Assembly: GCA_965217895.1 (NCBI GenBank)
Contig: CBDCJV010000002.1
Span: 2,304,001 to 2,368,000 of the forward strand
DNA length: 64,000 nucleotides
Direction of reading: 5' to 3'
Origin: Waterburya sp.
GTDB lineage: Bacteria; Cyanobacteriota; Cyanobacteriia; Cyanobacteriales; Xenococcaceae
Shown piece by piece: positions 1-11,709 of this stretch. Under the pieces are notes generated by a model, which made no database searches, was not told where the DNA came from, and was given only the letters and a program-made list of their open reading frames with translations. A program made the position numbers and the translations under genes. Each line of letters opens with the position of its first letter. The stretch's first letter is position 1.

Positions 1-381
1 TTCTCTGTCGTCGTTACTCGAATTGGCAGCGACTATAATGGCAATAATTGCTACTGCCATCAATAGAATTGAAGCAATTAAAATAATTCCAAAAGAAATC
101 CGAATTATATAAAATAAAATCCGCCAGATTTTTGACCAAGTTTTTTGCCAGCGCAGTCGCCAGTACTTATTCCGCAAAATTCCTTGAAAATTTTTAGGAA
201 ACAGATAAACTACGTCTCCTGACTCTGCCACCTGGAGATGTCCCCCAGCCTCACTTGCCAAGGCTAACAAACCCTGCTGGGCAAAATTTAGTTCTAACCC
301 TGCTTGTGCTGCGACATCGCCAACGGTAACACGATAATCTAGCTTTTCAATTGATCGAACAATTTTAGGGTTGGGGGTCAT
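1..381 (-). CDS. Conserved cyanobacterial/plastid membrane protein, 5' part only (runs off window start)
   Basis: Manual translation from ATG at 381: MTPNPKIVRSIEKLDYRVTVGDVAAQAGLELNFAQQGLLALASEAGGHLQVAESGDVVYLFP..., then a hydrophobic segment. No stop before position 1; absent from the ORF track because it is truncated. Confidence 0.8.
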   Translation of the reverse strand, partial: MTPNPKIVRSIEKLDYRVTVGDVAAQAGLELNFAQQGLLALASEAGGHLQVAESGDVVYLFPKNFQGILRNKYWRLRWQKTWSKIWRILFYIIRISFGIILIASILLMAVAIIAIIVAANSSNDDRE

Positions 382-562
382 TATTGGTCACGAGAATAAG
401 AATACTTGCTTTCTCTATATTTTATCGTTTAAATTTTTTCTCTTAGATAACTTTTGAGCAGAAGACAACAAAAAGGCTAAATGCTATTTTTTAAGTATCA
501 GAAACATTTAGCCCAGGATGAATTTTGTTTAACTCGTGCTGGTGTTTTCAAGAAATGAAAAG

Positions 563-1189
563 CTAGCGTAAAAAACAGCTTACTAGCCAAAATAGACATA
601 AAGTTACCGCTGAAGCAAATTGATCTACACCCAAAACAGTTACACCACCCTGACCAAAAAGCAGGTTAGCCAAGCCAGTACCAAGAGCAATACCGACAAA
701 TAGAGTAATAAAACTGATTAGAAATGCCCGCCCCGAACGTCCCTCTTTACGATTGAGAAAGTAGATATTAGCAATAAAGCCTAAAGCCATTAAGAGAGGA
801 ACGATAGAAGCTGCTGAATTCTGAGAAAAAACGGCGATCGCTGATAGAGTCAAGAAAATGCCTGTAGGCCAAAGAATATCAGCTTGGGAAGGGGTGTCTA
901 TAAGCTTTTGTAGCCAAACAGCAGAGTCTTGCTTGACCATTTGAGGTACTTTAAGAGATTTCTCTATACTGCGCTCAGGAAAGCGAATTTTTTCGGGTAC
1001 TTTTATTTTACCTTCTTGACGTAAACGTAAGCGATCCATAATGATTGAGTCGTAGGCAATTTCTACTTGTTCGACGACATTACTATCATTGCTATGCTGC
1101 TCAAACAGTCTTTTTTTAGCAGCCTGTATTTCTTCAAATGAAGAATTTTCTGTGACCCCAAGTTGTTCGTAGGGATTTTGTTCGCTCAT
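563..1189 (-). CDS. CPP1-like (J-like domain, DUF3353) membrane chaperone
   Basis: N-terminal J-like 'NPYEQLGVTENSSFEEIQAAK...YDSIIMDRLRLRQEGKI' plus several C-terminal TM helices. Confidence 0.8.
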   Translation of the reverse strand: MSEQNPYEQLGVTENSSFEEIQAAKKRLFEQHSNDSNVVEQVEIAYDSIIMDRLRLRQEGKIKVPEKIRFPERSIEKSLKVPQMVKQDSAVWLQKLIDTPSQADILWPTGIFLTLSAIAVFSQNSAASIVPLLMALGFIANIYFLNRKEGRSGRAFLISFITLFVGIALGTGLANLLFGQGGVTVLGVDQFASAVTLCLFWLVSCFLR

Positions 1190-1254
1190 CTCTTAACCTG
1201 CCCTTTATTTGTCTATCTTAATTTTAGTTCTTAAAATTTTACCCGAGGCTTTTT

Positions 1255-1470
1255 TCAATAAACTTCCCAGAAACCAAATGCTGGTCCAATAAATCTGACG
1301 GTAAACCAGACAGCAATCATTATAGCTATACCTATCCAAGCACCTTTACTAGTTAGTTTAATAAATTTTTCTGATTGAGCTTTGGTAATTGGTATGCCAG
1401 GCAAAATTCTTTCCGAGTTTTGCCCATATTGTTTTCCTAGTGATTCTTTACGACGTTTTGATTCTCCCAT
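1255..1470 (-). CDS. DUF2839-family small membrane protein
   Basis: 'MGESKRRK...GAWIGIAIMIAVWFTVRFIGPAFGFW' signature. Confidence 0.75.
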   Translation of the reverse strand: MGESKRRKESLGKQYGQNSERILPGIPITKAQSEKFIKLTSKGAWIGIAIMIAVWFTVRFIGPAFGFWEVY

Positions 1471-1570
1471 AATATTAACTATTGATTGTTAATTAGTCAG
1501 TCATGGGTCGATCATAACGTTTTCTGGTCAAGCAAGAAACCAGTTTTAGTCCTACTTTTTGTTAATAATA

Positions 1571-2233
1571 ATGAAATCTTCTAGAGTTATTTTCTGCGAT
1601 TTTGATGGCACAATTACCACTGAGGATACTTTTGTCAGGATTCTCGAAAAATTTGCCCCCGAAGTAGCCGCTGAACTGCTACCTATAATATACAGCCGTA
1701 AAATGACTCTAATCGAGGGAATACGGCAAACTTTAGGCTCAATTTCTGCCATACATTATCCCCAAATTATTGAATATATTGCTTACCGTCCCGTGCGTCC
1801 TGGACTAAAAGAATTGATAGAATTTCTTAACTATTGTGAAGTGCCTTTTGTAGTTGTTTCAGGTGGACTAACAGATATAGTTAAAGCAGTATTAGAACAT
1901 CAGCAGCTTATTGATGGCGTATCAGCAATCTATGCAGGAGATGTTGACGTTACAGGCGAATATCTGCGAGTTCATTCGGCAATTGGCAGTAAAACTGAAT
2001 TAGTTGCCAAAGCAGAGGTAATGAAAAAATATCCAGCAGCAGAGAAAATTGCCATTGGTGATTCTGTCACAGATATTAATATGTCATTAGCTGCGGACTT
2101 AGTTTTTGCACGCGATCGCCTACCAGCATATTTAGATGAAGAAAATAAACCCTACGTTAAATGGAACGATTTCTGGGAAGTGCGCGACTACTTAGCTGAC
2201 CGTTGGTCGATATTTAAGCAAAACCCTGAGTGA
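1571..2233 (+). CDS. HAD-IB family phosphatase (MtnX-like)
   Basis: DFDGT motif I, SGG motif II, GDSxTD motif IV; ATG at 1571 preferred over the upstream TTG. Confidence 0.75.
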   Translation: MKSSRVIFCDFDGTITTEDTFVRILEKFAPEVAAELLPIIYSRKMTLIEGIRQTLGSISAIHYPQIIEYIAYRPVRPGLKELIEFLNYCEVPFVVVSGGLTDIVKAVLEHQQLIDGVSAIYAGDVDVTGEYLRVHSAIGSKTELVAKAEVMKKYPAAEKIAIGDSVTDINMSLAADLVFARDRLPAYLDEENKPYVKWNDFWEVRDYLADRWSIFKQNPE

Positions 2234-2365
2234 AAAAACTTGTATTTACTGTCCGTTTCCAGTACCATCATAAGTTTGTTGTTTTTTTACTTGATTACCT
2301 TTATCTACGTCAAAATAAGCGGGTAAGCCTTAATACTTTCAACTATCAAATTAATTAGAACTTAA

Positions 2366-4057
<1,692 letters not shown>

Positions 4058-4198
4058 ATTCCTTAATTCTCCCTTAAGGCATAAAGTTCGACTTACCGAT
4101 ATAGATCGAGGTATTGACTGTACCTTATTTAGAGTCAGAATAGCTATAGTTTGGAAAGAACAAAAAATTGTATATTATCGATAAGTTGGGAAAGAGGC

Positions 4199-5878
4199 AT
4201 GATGGGCGAATCAAATGTAGCGGAAGTTTTAGTTAGATGTTTAGAAAATGAAGAGGTAGAATACGTCTTTGGTTTACCAGGAGAAGAAAACCTGCATATC
4301 TTAGAAGCTTTAAGAGATTCTCCAATCCAGTTTATTACTACTCGTCATGAACAGGGTGCTGCGTTTATGGCAGATGTTTATGGTCGTTTGACAGGTAAAG
4401 CGGGTGTTTGCTTGTCTACTTTAGGACCTGGAGCAACCAACCTCATGACAGGTGTAGCCGATGCTAATCTTGATGGTGCGCCTTTAGTAGCAATTACAGG
4501 ACAGGTGGGTACAGACAGGATGCACATTGAATCCCATCAGTATCTCGATCTAGTTGCATTGTTCGCCCCAATAACTAAATGGAATGCGCAAATTGTTCGT
4601 CCTGATACTACCCCCGAAATTATTCGTAAAGCCTTTAAAGTTGCTCAATCAGAAAAGCCTGGTGCAGTTCACATTGATTTACCAGAAAACATTGCCGCCA
4701 TGCCTCTTAAAGGCAATCCTCTTCATCGTGATAACCGAGAAAAAACTTATGCTTCAACCCGTAGCCTGAATGCTGCTGCCGTTGCTATATCTAAAGCTAA
4801 AAATCCTTTGATCTTGGCAGGAAATGGCGTAATTCGTGGTTGTGCAAGTGAAGCATTGACTGAATTTGCTACTCAGCTAAATATTCCTGTTGCTAATACC
4901 TTTATGGGCAAAGGAGCAATTCCCTATACTCATCCCTTATCTTTATGGACTGTTGGACTACAGCAGCGAGATTTAATTAGCTGTGCCTTTGATGAAGCGG
5001 ATCTAGTTATTGCTGTGGGTTATGACCTAGTTGAATATTCCCCGAAAAAATGGAATCCTGATGGCGACACCACAATTATTCACATCGACGAAAGCAGATC
5101 CGAAATTGATAGCAGCTATATTCCTTTAGTAGAAGTATTTGGCGATATTTCCGATTCACTTAATGATATCGTTAAACGTTGCGATCGCGAGGCATATCCT
5201 GGTGATAATCGCAACGGCAAAGAAGCTACTACTGCAGTAAGCTTGCGACATCAAATCAAAGAAGATTACGAACAGTACGCCAATGATGACGGTTTTCCCA
5301 TAAAACCCCAAAAAATTATCTATGACCTTCGTCAGGTAATGGGTCCAGAAGATATAGTTATTTCTGATGTAGGAGCGCATAAAATGTGGATGGCGCGTCA
5401 CTATCACTCTGATTGCCCTAATACCTGTATTATCTCTAATGGCTTTGCCGCTATGGGCATTGCTATTCCTGGAGCAATGGCAGCTAAATTAGTCCACCCA
5501 GAGCGTAAAGTCGTGGCAGTGACAGGAGATGGCGGTTTTATGATGAACTGTCAAGAGTTAGAAACCGCCTTAAGAGTCAACACTCCTTTTGTGACTTTGA
5601 TTTTTAATGACAATGGCTATGGCTTAATTGAGTGGAAGCAAATTAGTCAATTTGGTCACTCTACTTCAATTAATTTTGGAAATCCAAACTTTGTTAAATT
5701 TGCTGAAAGTATGGGACTAAAAGGTTATCGAGTTGAATCAGCAGCAGACTTGATTCCTACTTTGAAACAGGCTCTAGCCGATGATGTGCCAGCAATTATT
5801 GATTGTCCTGTAGACTACAAGGAAAACTTACGCTTTTCGCAAAAATCAGGAGATCTAAGTTGCAAAATCACTATTTAA
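4199..5878 (+). CDS. TPP-dependent acetolactate-synthase-like enzyme, probably the cyanobacterial 2-oxoglutarate decarboxylase
   Basis: FGLPGEEN, RHEQGAAFMAD, GDGGF...NDNGYG TPP motif; resembles the OgdA (Sll1981-like) clade from recall. ATG at 4199 follows GAGG. Confidence 0.75.
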   Translation: MMGESNVAEVLVRCLENEEVEYVFGLPGEENLHILEALRDSPIQFITTRHEQGAAFMADVYGRLTGKAGVCLSTLGPGATNLMTGVADANLDGAPLVAITGQVGTDRMHIESHQYLDLVALFAPITKWNAQIVRPDTTPEIIRKAFKVAQSEKPGAVHIDLPENIAAMPLKGNPLHRDNREKTYASTRSLNAAAVAISKAKNPLILAGNGVIRGCASEALTEFATQLNIPVANTFMGKGAIPYTHPLSLWTVGLQQRDLISCAFDEADLVIAVGYDLVEYSPKKWNPDGDTTIIHIDESRSEIDSSYIPLVEVFGDISDSLNDIVKRCDREAYPGDNRNGKEATTAVSLRHQIKEDYEQYANDDGFPIKPQKIIYDLRQVMGPEDIVISDVGAHKMWMARHYHSDCPNTCIISNGFAAMGIAIPGAMAAKLVHPERKVVAVTGDGGFMMNCQELETALRVNTPFVTLIFNDNGYGLIEWKQISQFGHSTSINFGNPNFVKFAESMGLKGYRVESAADLIPTLKQALADDVPAIIDCPVDYKENLRFSQKSGDLSCKITI

Positions 5879-5951
5879 TCCACAAAAACACAGAAAACTA
5901 GCTGCGTAATTATCAATTTTCGGCCAGCAATAACTAACCCTAATTCAAAAT

Positions 5952-6068
5952 GGTGTTGCTAAACCAGAATCTGGAATCTAAAAAACAGTTGGTTTGCAGT
6001 ATCTTGTCAAAAAACTTAAAGCTGTAAATTACACTGTTATGAGTTTCATACTTTGGTTTGGCAACGCT
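5952..6068. mobile_element. Degenerate MITE of the GGCGTTGCT-terminus family
   Basis: Imperfect terminal inverted repeats GGTGTTGCTAAACCA / TGGTTTGGCAACGCT. The right end (rc AGCGTTGCCAAACCAAAGTATGAAACTC) matches the end at 30162. Confidence 0.55.
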
Positions 6069-6163
6069 GTTTAAATTATATTTAACATTTAACTTATAGT
6101 TTTTAATTGGCATTTGGAGTTAATATCAAAAATAACTATAATTAATTAATTTTTAAATTTCCT

Positions 6164-6685
6164 ATGCCACGTACCCAAAGAAACGATAACTTTGTAGATA
6201 AGACCTTTACCGTCATGGCAGACATCATCCTCAAAGCTCTGCCGACCAACAAAAAAGCCAAAGAAGCTTTTGCCTATTATCGTGATGGGATGTCTGCCCA
6301 AGGTGATGGAGAATATGCAGAAGCTTTAGAAAACTATGAAGAGGCATTAACCCTCGAAGAAGATCCTAACGATCGCAGCTATATTCTCTACAATATGGGC
6401 TTGATCTATGCCAGTAATGGAAATATTGACAAGGCAATGGAGCTTTATACTGAGTCTATCGATCTTAACCCAAGAATGCCCCAAGCATTGAATAACATCG
6501 CTGTTATTTATCACTATGAAGGAGAAAAAGCCAAGGAAGCAGGAGACGTAGAAAAAGCAGAGTCTTATTATGATAAAGCTGCCGAGTATTGGAAGCAAGC
6601 GATTAGAATTGCACCCAACAACTATATGGAAGCTCAAAATTGGCTCAAAATTACGGGACGTTCGGAAATGGATGTATTCTTTTAA
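6164..6685 (+). CDS. ycf3: Photosystem I assembly protein Ycf3
   Basis: [20 protein letters not shown]..., [12 protein letters not shown], TPRs, [14 protein letters not shown]. Confidence 0.97.
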   Translation: MPRTQRNDNFVDKTFTVMADIILKALPTNKKAKEAFAYYRDGMSAQGDGEYAEALENYEEALTLEEDPNDRSYILYNMGLIYASNGNIDKAMELYTESIDLNPRMPQALNNIAVIYHYEGEKAKEAGDVEKAESYYDKAAEYWKQAIRIAPNNYMEAQNWLKITGRSEMDVFF

Positions 6686-6719
6686 CAATGATCGATAGAC
6701 CAATGATCATTAATCAATT

Positions 6720-6873
6720 GTAGGGTGGGCAGAGAACACAATTTTGTTCATTACCAAAAAATATCTATTAATGCCCACCAGGTAAACAGCATACAGCAGT
6801 AGGGTGGGCATGAAATAAAATTCTGTTAATCATAAGAATACTCATCAATGCCCACCAAGTAAACAGCAGACAG
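6720..6873 (+). repeat. Two tandem GTAG-type split REP units (79-bp period)
   Basis: GTAGGGTGGGCA-[40 nt]-TGCCCACC at 6720 and GTAGGGTGGGCA-[38 nt]-TGCCCACC at 6799, each followed by GTAAACAGCA. Confidence 0.8.
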
Positions 6874-6882
6874 TAATCAAAT

Positions 6883-7179
6883 ATGATCGATCGCCAAGAA
6901 GTAAGAAAAGTTGCCAATTTAGCTAGACTCAATATTACTGAAGCAGAAGAAGAAGAATTTACCACCCAGCTTAATAGTATTCTTGAATACTTCGATCAGT
7001 TGAGTGAGCTAGACACTACTGATGTTCCGCCAACTACCAGAGCCATTGAAACTAGTAATATTACTCGCGCTGATGAGCTTAGTCCTTTCCCCGCTAAAGA
7101 AGAGTTATTAAAGGCTGCTCCCGAACAACAGGGAGAATTTTTTAGAGTACCTAAAATCATTAGTACAGATGAAGAATAA
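6883..7179 (+). CDS. gatC: Asp/Glu-tRNA amidotransferase subunit C
   Basis: [16 protein letters not shown]...FFRVPKI. Confidence 0.96.
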   Translation: MIDRQEVRKVANLARLNITEAEEEEFTTQLNSILEYFDQLSELDTTDVPPTTRAIETSNITRADELSPFPAKEELLKAAPEQQGEFFRVPKIISTDEE

Positions 7180-7193
7180 GATGAAAAGTCTTG

Positions 7194-7224
7194 AATTAAA
7201 AGTAGTTTAAATCTACTTTTAATT
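7194..7224 (+). terminator. AT-rich hairpin downstream of gatC, followed by short heptamer repeats
   Basis: AATTAAAAGTAG-tttaaat-CTACTTTTAATT; then TAAGAGC/TAATAGC-type units at about 7228-7258. Confidence 0.5.
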
Positions 7225-7519
7225 AAGCTAAGAGCTAATGACTAAGAGCTAATAGCTACCGCGAAGCGGTTTTAAGTAAATTTTGAGACAGTTTTGTTGA
7301 TAATAAATAAAGTTTTGATGAACTTAAAATATAAAGTTTTATATCTACTAAATCTAAAAACGTTGATGTTAAAAGAAACGTAGTTCTTTCGACTACTTTT
7401 ATTAATCTTTTTTGCCAGAGCTATCAGTTGTTATTGATTAAGTAAATGTATAACATAAGTGTAATCTCGTAAGAGAAAATACTGAATGTAGAACGTTTTC
7501 TTTCTTTGTCAATTAGATT

Positions 7520-8320
7520 ATGTCCCTTGCCATCACTAAAAAAATCACCAATTTTCTGCCCGCATTTTTGCCCTTCATCTGTTTAGCAGGAATTGTAATC
7601 TTACAAGCTCAAGAATATAAACAATCAGTCCAAAAACTAAATCGTGCTAATTACTTTAGTCGAGAACAAGAACAAGCAAAACTAATTGAATTTCAAAAAG
7701 AAACGCCACTTCTTGGCTTAGATAACATGGTTGCTGATTGGTCATATTTAAATTTTGTGCAGTATTTTGGCGATCGCCATGCTAGAGATACAATTGGTTA
7801 TAAACTCGTTCCAGATTATTTTGAAACCATCAGTCAGATCGATCCTCGCTTTACTCAAGCATATCTTAGGCTATCAATTGCTAATTCCATGTATGCGGGA
7901 TATCCCGAACAAACTATTGCTTTGATGAAAGAAGTTTTAGCTTCTGTAGAGCCAGATTCTGAACAGGCTGCATTACTTTGGACCTCTAAAGGTTTGGATG
8001 AACTATTATTTTTGGGAGATAAAGAAGCAGCAATCAAATCTTATAAAATAGCAGCCAAATGGGCAGCTTTAGAATCAAGTGGTCTTCCTGATGGTTTAAC
8101 GATTAAAGACCTAGAAACGGCTTTAAAATCAACCGATGAAATAGATTTAAAAGAAGCGCAAATTAGAGCTTGGTCAAGTGTTTTAGTTTATATTAAAGAC
8201 AATCAGCGATCGCGAGAGATTGTTGCTAAAATTGATCGTCTTCAAGCAGAACTTTTGACCTTAGAACAAAAAGCAAAACTATCAGTACAACAAAGTCATT
8301 CTCAATTAACCTCAGATTAA
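7520..8320 (+). CDS. Hypothetical N-terminally anchored helical/TPR-like protein
   Basis: N-terminal hydrophobic helix; 'ADWSYLNFVQYFG...IDPRFTQAY' resembles pilus-associated PilG/XapA-like proteins (recall only). Confidence 0.55.
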   Translation: MSLAITKKITNFLPAFLPFICLAGIVILQAQEYKQSVQKLNRANYFSREQEQAKLIEFQKETPLLGLDNMVADWSYLNFVQYFGDRHARDTIGYKLVPDYFETISQIDPRFTQAYLRLSIANSMYAGYPEQTIALMKEVLASVEPDSEQAALLWTSKGLDELLFLGDKEAAIKSYKIAAKWAALESSGLPDGLTIKDLETALKSTDEIDLKEAQIRAWSSVLVYIKDNQRSREIVAKIDRLQAELLTLEQKAKLSVQQSHSQLTSD

Positions 8321-8413
8321 TCGTAATTTTATTGGGCAAGAAAAAAGGAGTAAAATCTCAAACCTCACTCCCAAAAAATCAACAAATTTACGTAATTACT
8401 TGACTATTAAATA

Positions 8414-10324
8414 TTACATTAAACCTTTAACGTGACTCATGATGCCTTCTGGATCTAAACCTTGGAAGGGAAACTGTTCCCAAAGTCCACCACAGCCTTC
8501 TTCGTGAACACCAAGATAAGCAAATTTAGGAGTCAAGCCTCGCTCAAGTAGCCAAGAACCAAAGCGACTACCTAAACCAGTACGACGGTTAAAAGATTCA
8601 ACAACCACAACAAAAGGTGCTTGACCAATTTTTGCCATCATCTCTTCATCGACTACGTTAAGTGTAGCTTTATTGATCAAACCGACGTTGATACCTTCTT
8701 TTTGCAAGCGTTCTACCGCATCTAAAGAGCGATATAAAGCATCTCCAAAGCTGACAATATAACCTGCGTCTCCTTCGCGAATTACTTCGTCTTTGCCAGG
8801 AGTGAAAGTATAGTCGCCACCAAACAACTCTTTGCCCGCATCATCTAAAATCATGGGAACTTTGGAGCGAGTAGAGAAAATAAAGCGCATACCTGGATTA
8901 TGAAACACTTTGTTTACACAGGCAGTCATTTGGTTGGCATCAGCAGGGAAATAGAGACGGGTTTCGTAACCATCTTCTAGTCCGTTGTCGGCAAACATAT
9001 TGTTAATCCCGAAGTGACAGGTATTATCTGCCATGTCGTCGATACCAGCATGGGAGAAATGGCATAAAACATTGGACTTGTTAAGACGAGCCATAGTGAT
9101 CTCAGAAACACACATTTCTAAGAAAGCACTAAAGGTGGCGAATACTCCCTGCTTGCCTTCTTCCATGCCAAAACCAGCAGCAGCCGAAAAATTACCCCGT
9201 TCCATAATTCCAGAAGGAATAAAGACTTCAGGGTGAGCATCGTGGATTTGTTTGAAACCACAAGAACCTTCTAAATCACTATCAATAAAGATGACTTTGG
9301 CTTTACGTTCGGCATCGCTCATTTTACCGAGGATAGATACTACAGCCTCACCAAAAACGTTGCGGTTAGAACCAACCTTGTCGCTAACTCCCAAGAACTT
9401 ATAGTCGTTGCTCTGTTTTTCGATATTTTTGAGAAAGTCTGCTGCTGCACTCTGTCCGTGTTTTTCGAGATAGGAAATTGCCTTATCAACGGCAATTACA
9501 TCATGTCCATGAGTAGAGCCTTCAATACCCTCAATACCAGGACACATAGGACGCTTATTGATCAATGCCACTGGACCATTACCAGTTACCGCAGCGCACA
9601 TACGGCTATAGAGTGAATCAATATCTTCGCCATCTCCCGTATTAACCTCTAAACCATGACCAGTTAATGTTTGACCAACATCATAACCAGGCAAATAATC
9701 AGAAGGATGTCCTGCAATAGTGACATCGTTATCATCGATAAATAGCTTCACGTTAAGGTTTTGAGCCACTGCCAAACGAGCAGCCTCTGCGTCATTCCCC
9801 TCTTGTTGTGAACCATCAGAACCCAAGCAAACCACTACCTTATCTGGGTTAGCCAAGGCTATACCATTGATGAAAGGCCACATATGTCCTAAACGGCCAG
9901 AACTAAATTTAATCCCAGGTGTCAAGCCCAATTCGGGGTGTCCAGGCAGCTTAGAATTCGCGCCACGATACTTGAGCAATTCTTCTTGAGGCAAGTCGCC
10001 ATTTAGTGTCGCCATTAAATATTGTGTGGCAACACGATGTCCTGCTTCATCAAAAAAGATCGGCACAAACATATCAGGCGCACCACGAAAGAAAGCATCA
10101 AGGATCATAACTTCGGGAACGGTATCAAAAGGCCCTCCAGTATGTCCGCCAACGCCTCTAGCACCGCCAGTAGCTGTAAAAAAGACAATCGCCTCGCGGC
10201 AAAGTTGAATATTGGCTGTTAAAGTTTCTTTTTGTTCGGCTGTTAAGGTAGGCTGGTTGGGGTCTAAAGCTAGTCGCTTGTAAGCACCTAAATCGATGGG
10301 AAAACGGGTGGTTGTTGCAGTCAT
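8414..10324 (-). CDS. Transketolase-family TPP enzyme (divergent clade)
   Basis: GGHTGG, EAGH, LPGHPE, SSGRLGH, GSDGSQQEG, DSDLEGS, GIMER motifs; 636 aa. Confidence 0.8.
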   Translation of the reverse strand: MTATTTRFPIDLGAYKRLALDPNQPTLTAEQKETLTANIQLCREAIVFFTATGGARGVGGHTGGPFDTVPEVMILDAFFRGAPDMFVPIFFDEAGHRVATQYLMATLNGDLPQEELLKYRGANSKLPGHPELGLTPGIKFSSGRLGHMWPFINGIALANPDKVVVCLGSDGSQQEGNDAEAARLAVAQNLNVKLFIDDNDVTIAGHPSDYLPGYDVGQTLTGHGLEVNTGDGEDIDSLYSRMCAAVTGNGPVALINKRPMCPGIEGIEGSTHGHDVIAVDKAISYLEKHGQSAAADFLKNIEKQSNDYKFLGVSDKVGSNRNVFGEAVVSILGKMSDAERKAKVIFIDSDLEGSCGFKQIHDAHPEVFIPSGIMERGNFSAAAGFGMEEGKQGVFATFSAFLEMCVSEITMARLNKSNVLCHFSHAGIDDMADNTCHFGINNMFADNGLEDGYETRLYFPADANQMTACVNKVFHNPGMRFIFSTRSKVPMILDDAGKELFGGDYTFTPGKDEVIREGDAGYIVSFGDALYRSLDAVERLQKEGINVGLINKATLNVVDEEMMAKIGQAPFVVVVESFNRRTGLGSRFGSWLLERGLTPKFAYLGVHEEGCGGLWEQFPFQGLDPEGIMSHVKGLM

Positions 10325-10364
10325 AATTTATTTTTTGGTGTGTGAGTAAAGCTGTAAATTAAAA

Positions 10365-10483
10365 AACGTTGCTAGTTTGAAGTAGAAAACTTTGGCTGAT
10401 ATTACCTGTAGCTATCAGCTTTTGATTTAGTTTTGTAAGTAACTAATTTGTTTTTCATACTTTAGCCTTAGTCTAGCAATGCT
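10365..10483. mobile_element. MITE of the GGCGTTGCT-terminus family with 8-bp target-site duplication
   Basis: Ends AACGTTGCTAG / CTAGCAATGCT, flanked on both sides by AATTAAAA (10357-10364 and 10484-10491). Confidence 0.6.
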
Positions 10484-10653
10484 AATTAAAAAATTATTAC
10501 ACCTTAAATCGGTGTTAATTATTATTAGATAAATCTATTGTTCACTTAGAGTGGTAAACAAGTTCAAGTTTATCTGGTTGTGGTCTTTGAGGGAAATCAT
10601 CTTTTGGTGGATATAGTAACAATTTGATTAATAAAACTATTTTTTGACCAGTC

Positions 10654-11706
10654 TTATTTAATTTCTTTTAACTTACCCAGTACATATTTATACAAAGCCT
10701 CCTTGTTTTGCCGTTTGAATAGAGTTGCAGCATAATCTAGGTTTTTCACTGCTTTACGCTTTTCTCCCACCGTTTGATAAACTAAACCCAAGTTGCCATA
10801 GGCCTCAGCATAGTTAGGTTTGAGTTTGATAGCAGTTTGGTGATCGGCGATCGCCTTTTGATATTCTTGAATTTTGTTATAAGCAACAGCCCGATTATAA
10901 TAAGCTTCGGTATAGTTTTCATTGAGGCTAATTGCCTGGTCAAAATCAGCGATCGCCTGGTGATATTTTTGCGCCGTTAGATAAGACGTGCCTCGGTTGT
11001 AGTAAGTTGGGGCGTGACGAGAATTAAAGTTAATAATATGAGTATAGTCGGCGATCGCTTTTTCAGAATACAGGGTTTTATGATAGACGTTAGCGCGATT
11101 ATAGTAAGCTTCTAGATCTTGGGGATTGAGGCGAATCGTTTGCCCATAGTCAGCTAATGCTTGAGGATATTGCTGAAGCTTATTGTAAGTATTAGCGCGA
11201 TTGTAATATGCCTCGGCATCTTGAGGGTTAAGGCGAATTACCTGGGTATAACTAGCAACTCCCTGCTGATATTGTTTTAACTTGTTGTAAGCAATACCTA
11301 GGTTGTAATAAGCATCGCTATAATCGGGGTTTAATTTGACTGCTCGATTAAAATCAGCGATCGCTTGGTGGTATTCTTCTAGCTGATTGTAGACAGTGCC
11401 TCGATTAAAGTACGCCTTAGCATAATTAGGACAAAGCTTAATAGCGCAGCTATAATCAGCGATCGCTTTTTGTTGTTTGACTAGCTGTCCATAACCATAA
11501 CCGCGTAGAGTGTAAGCCAAAAAGTTATTGCCATCTCGTTGTAAGATAGCATTTAAATCTTCAATGCCCGTACTATAGTTTCCTTGGGCATAGTACACTT
11601 CACTACGGCGATAATAAGCATCAATATTTTCAGGATCTTCAACTAGAGTTAGACGTAGCTCTTCTAAGATATTTTGATAATCTGGTGATGCCGATTCTTT
11701 ATCCAT
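10654..11706 (-). CDS. Tetratricopeptide-repeat protein
   Basis: About 9 canonical 34-aa TPRs (AYYNRG...AIADY..AI.L.P). Confidence 0.92.
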   Translation of the reverse strand: MDKESASPDYQNILEELRLTLVEDPENIDAYYRRSEVYYAQGNYSTGIEDLNAILQRDGNNFLAYTLRGYGYGQLVKQQKAIADYSCAIKLCPNYAKAYFNRGTVYNQLEEYHQAIADFNRAVKLNPDYSDAYYNLGIAYNKLKQYQQGVASYTQVIRLNPQDAEAYYNRANTYNKLQQYPQALADYGQTIRLNPQDLEAYYNRANVYHKTLYSEKAIADYTHIINFNSRHAPTYYNRGTSYLTAQKYHQAIADFDQAISLNENYTEAYYNRAVAYNKIQEYQKAIADHQTAIKLKPNYAEAYGNLGLVYQTVGEKRKAVKNLDYAATLFKRQNKEALYKYVLGKLKEIK

Positions 11707-11709
11707 TAC

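Noticed and set aside
4111..4123. NtcA-like box upstream of the 2-oxoglutarate decarboxylase gene
   Set aside because: Spacing is GTA-N7-TAC rather than GTA-N8-TAC.
6720..6873. Possible mini CRISPR array (constant repeats with about 40-nt spacers)
   Set aside because: Only two units, no cas genes, and the constant parts are inverted arms matching the REPs beside the RAYT gene.
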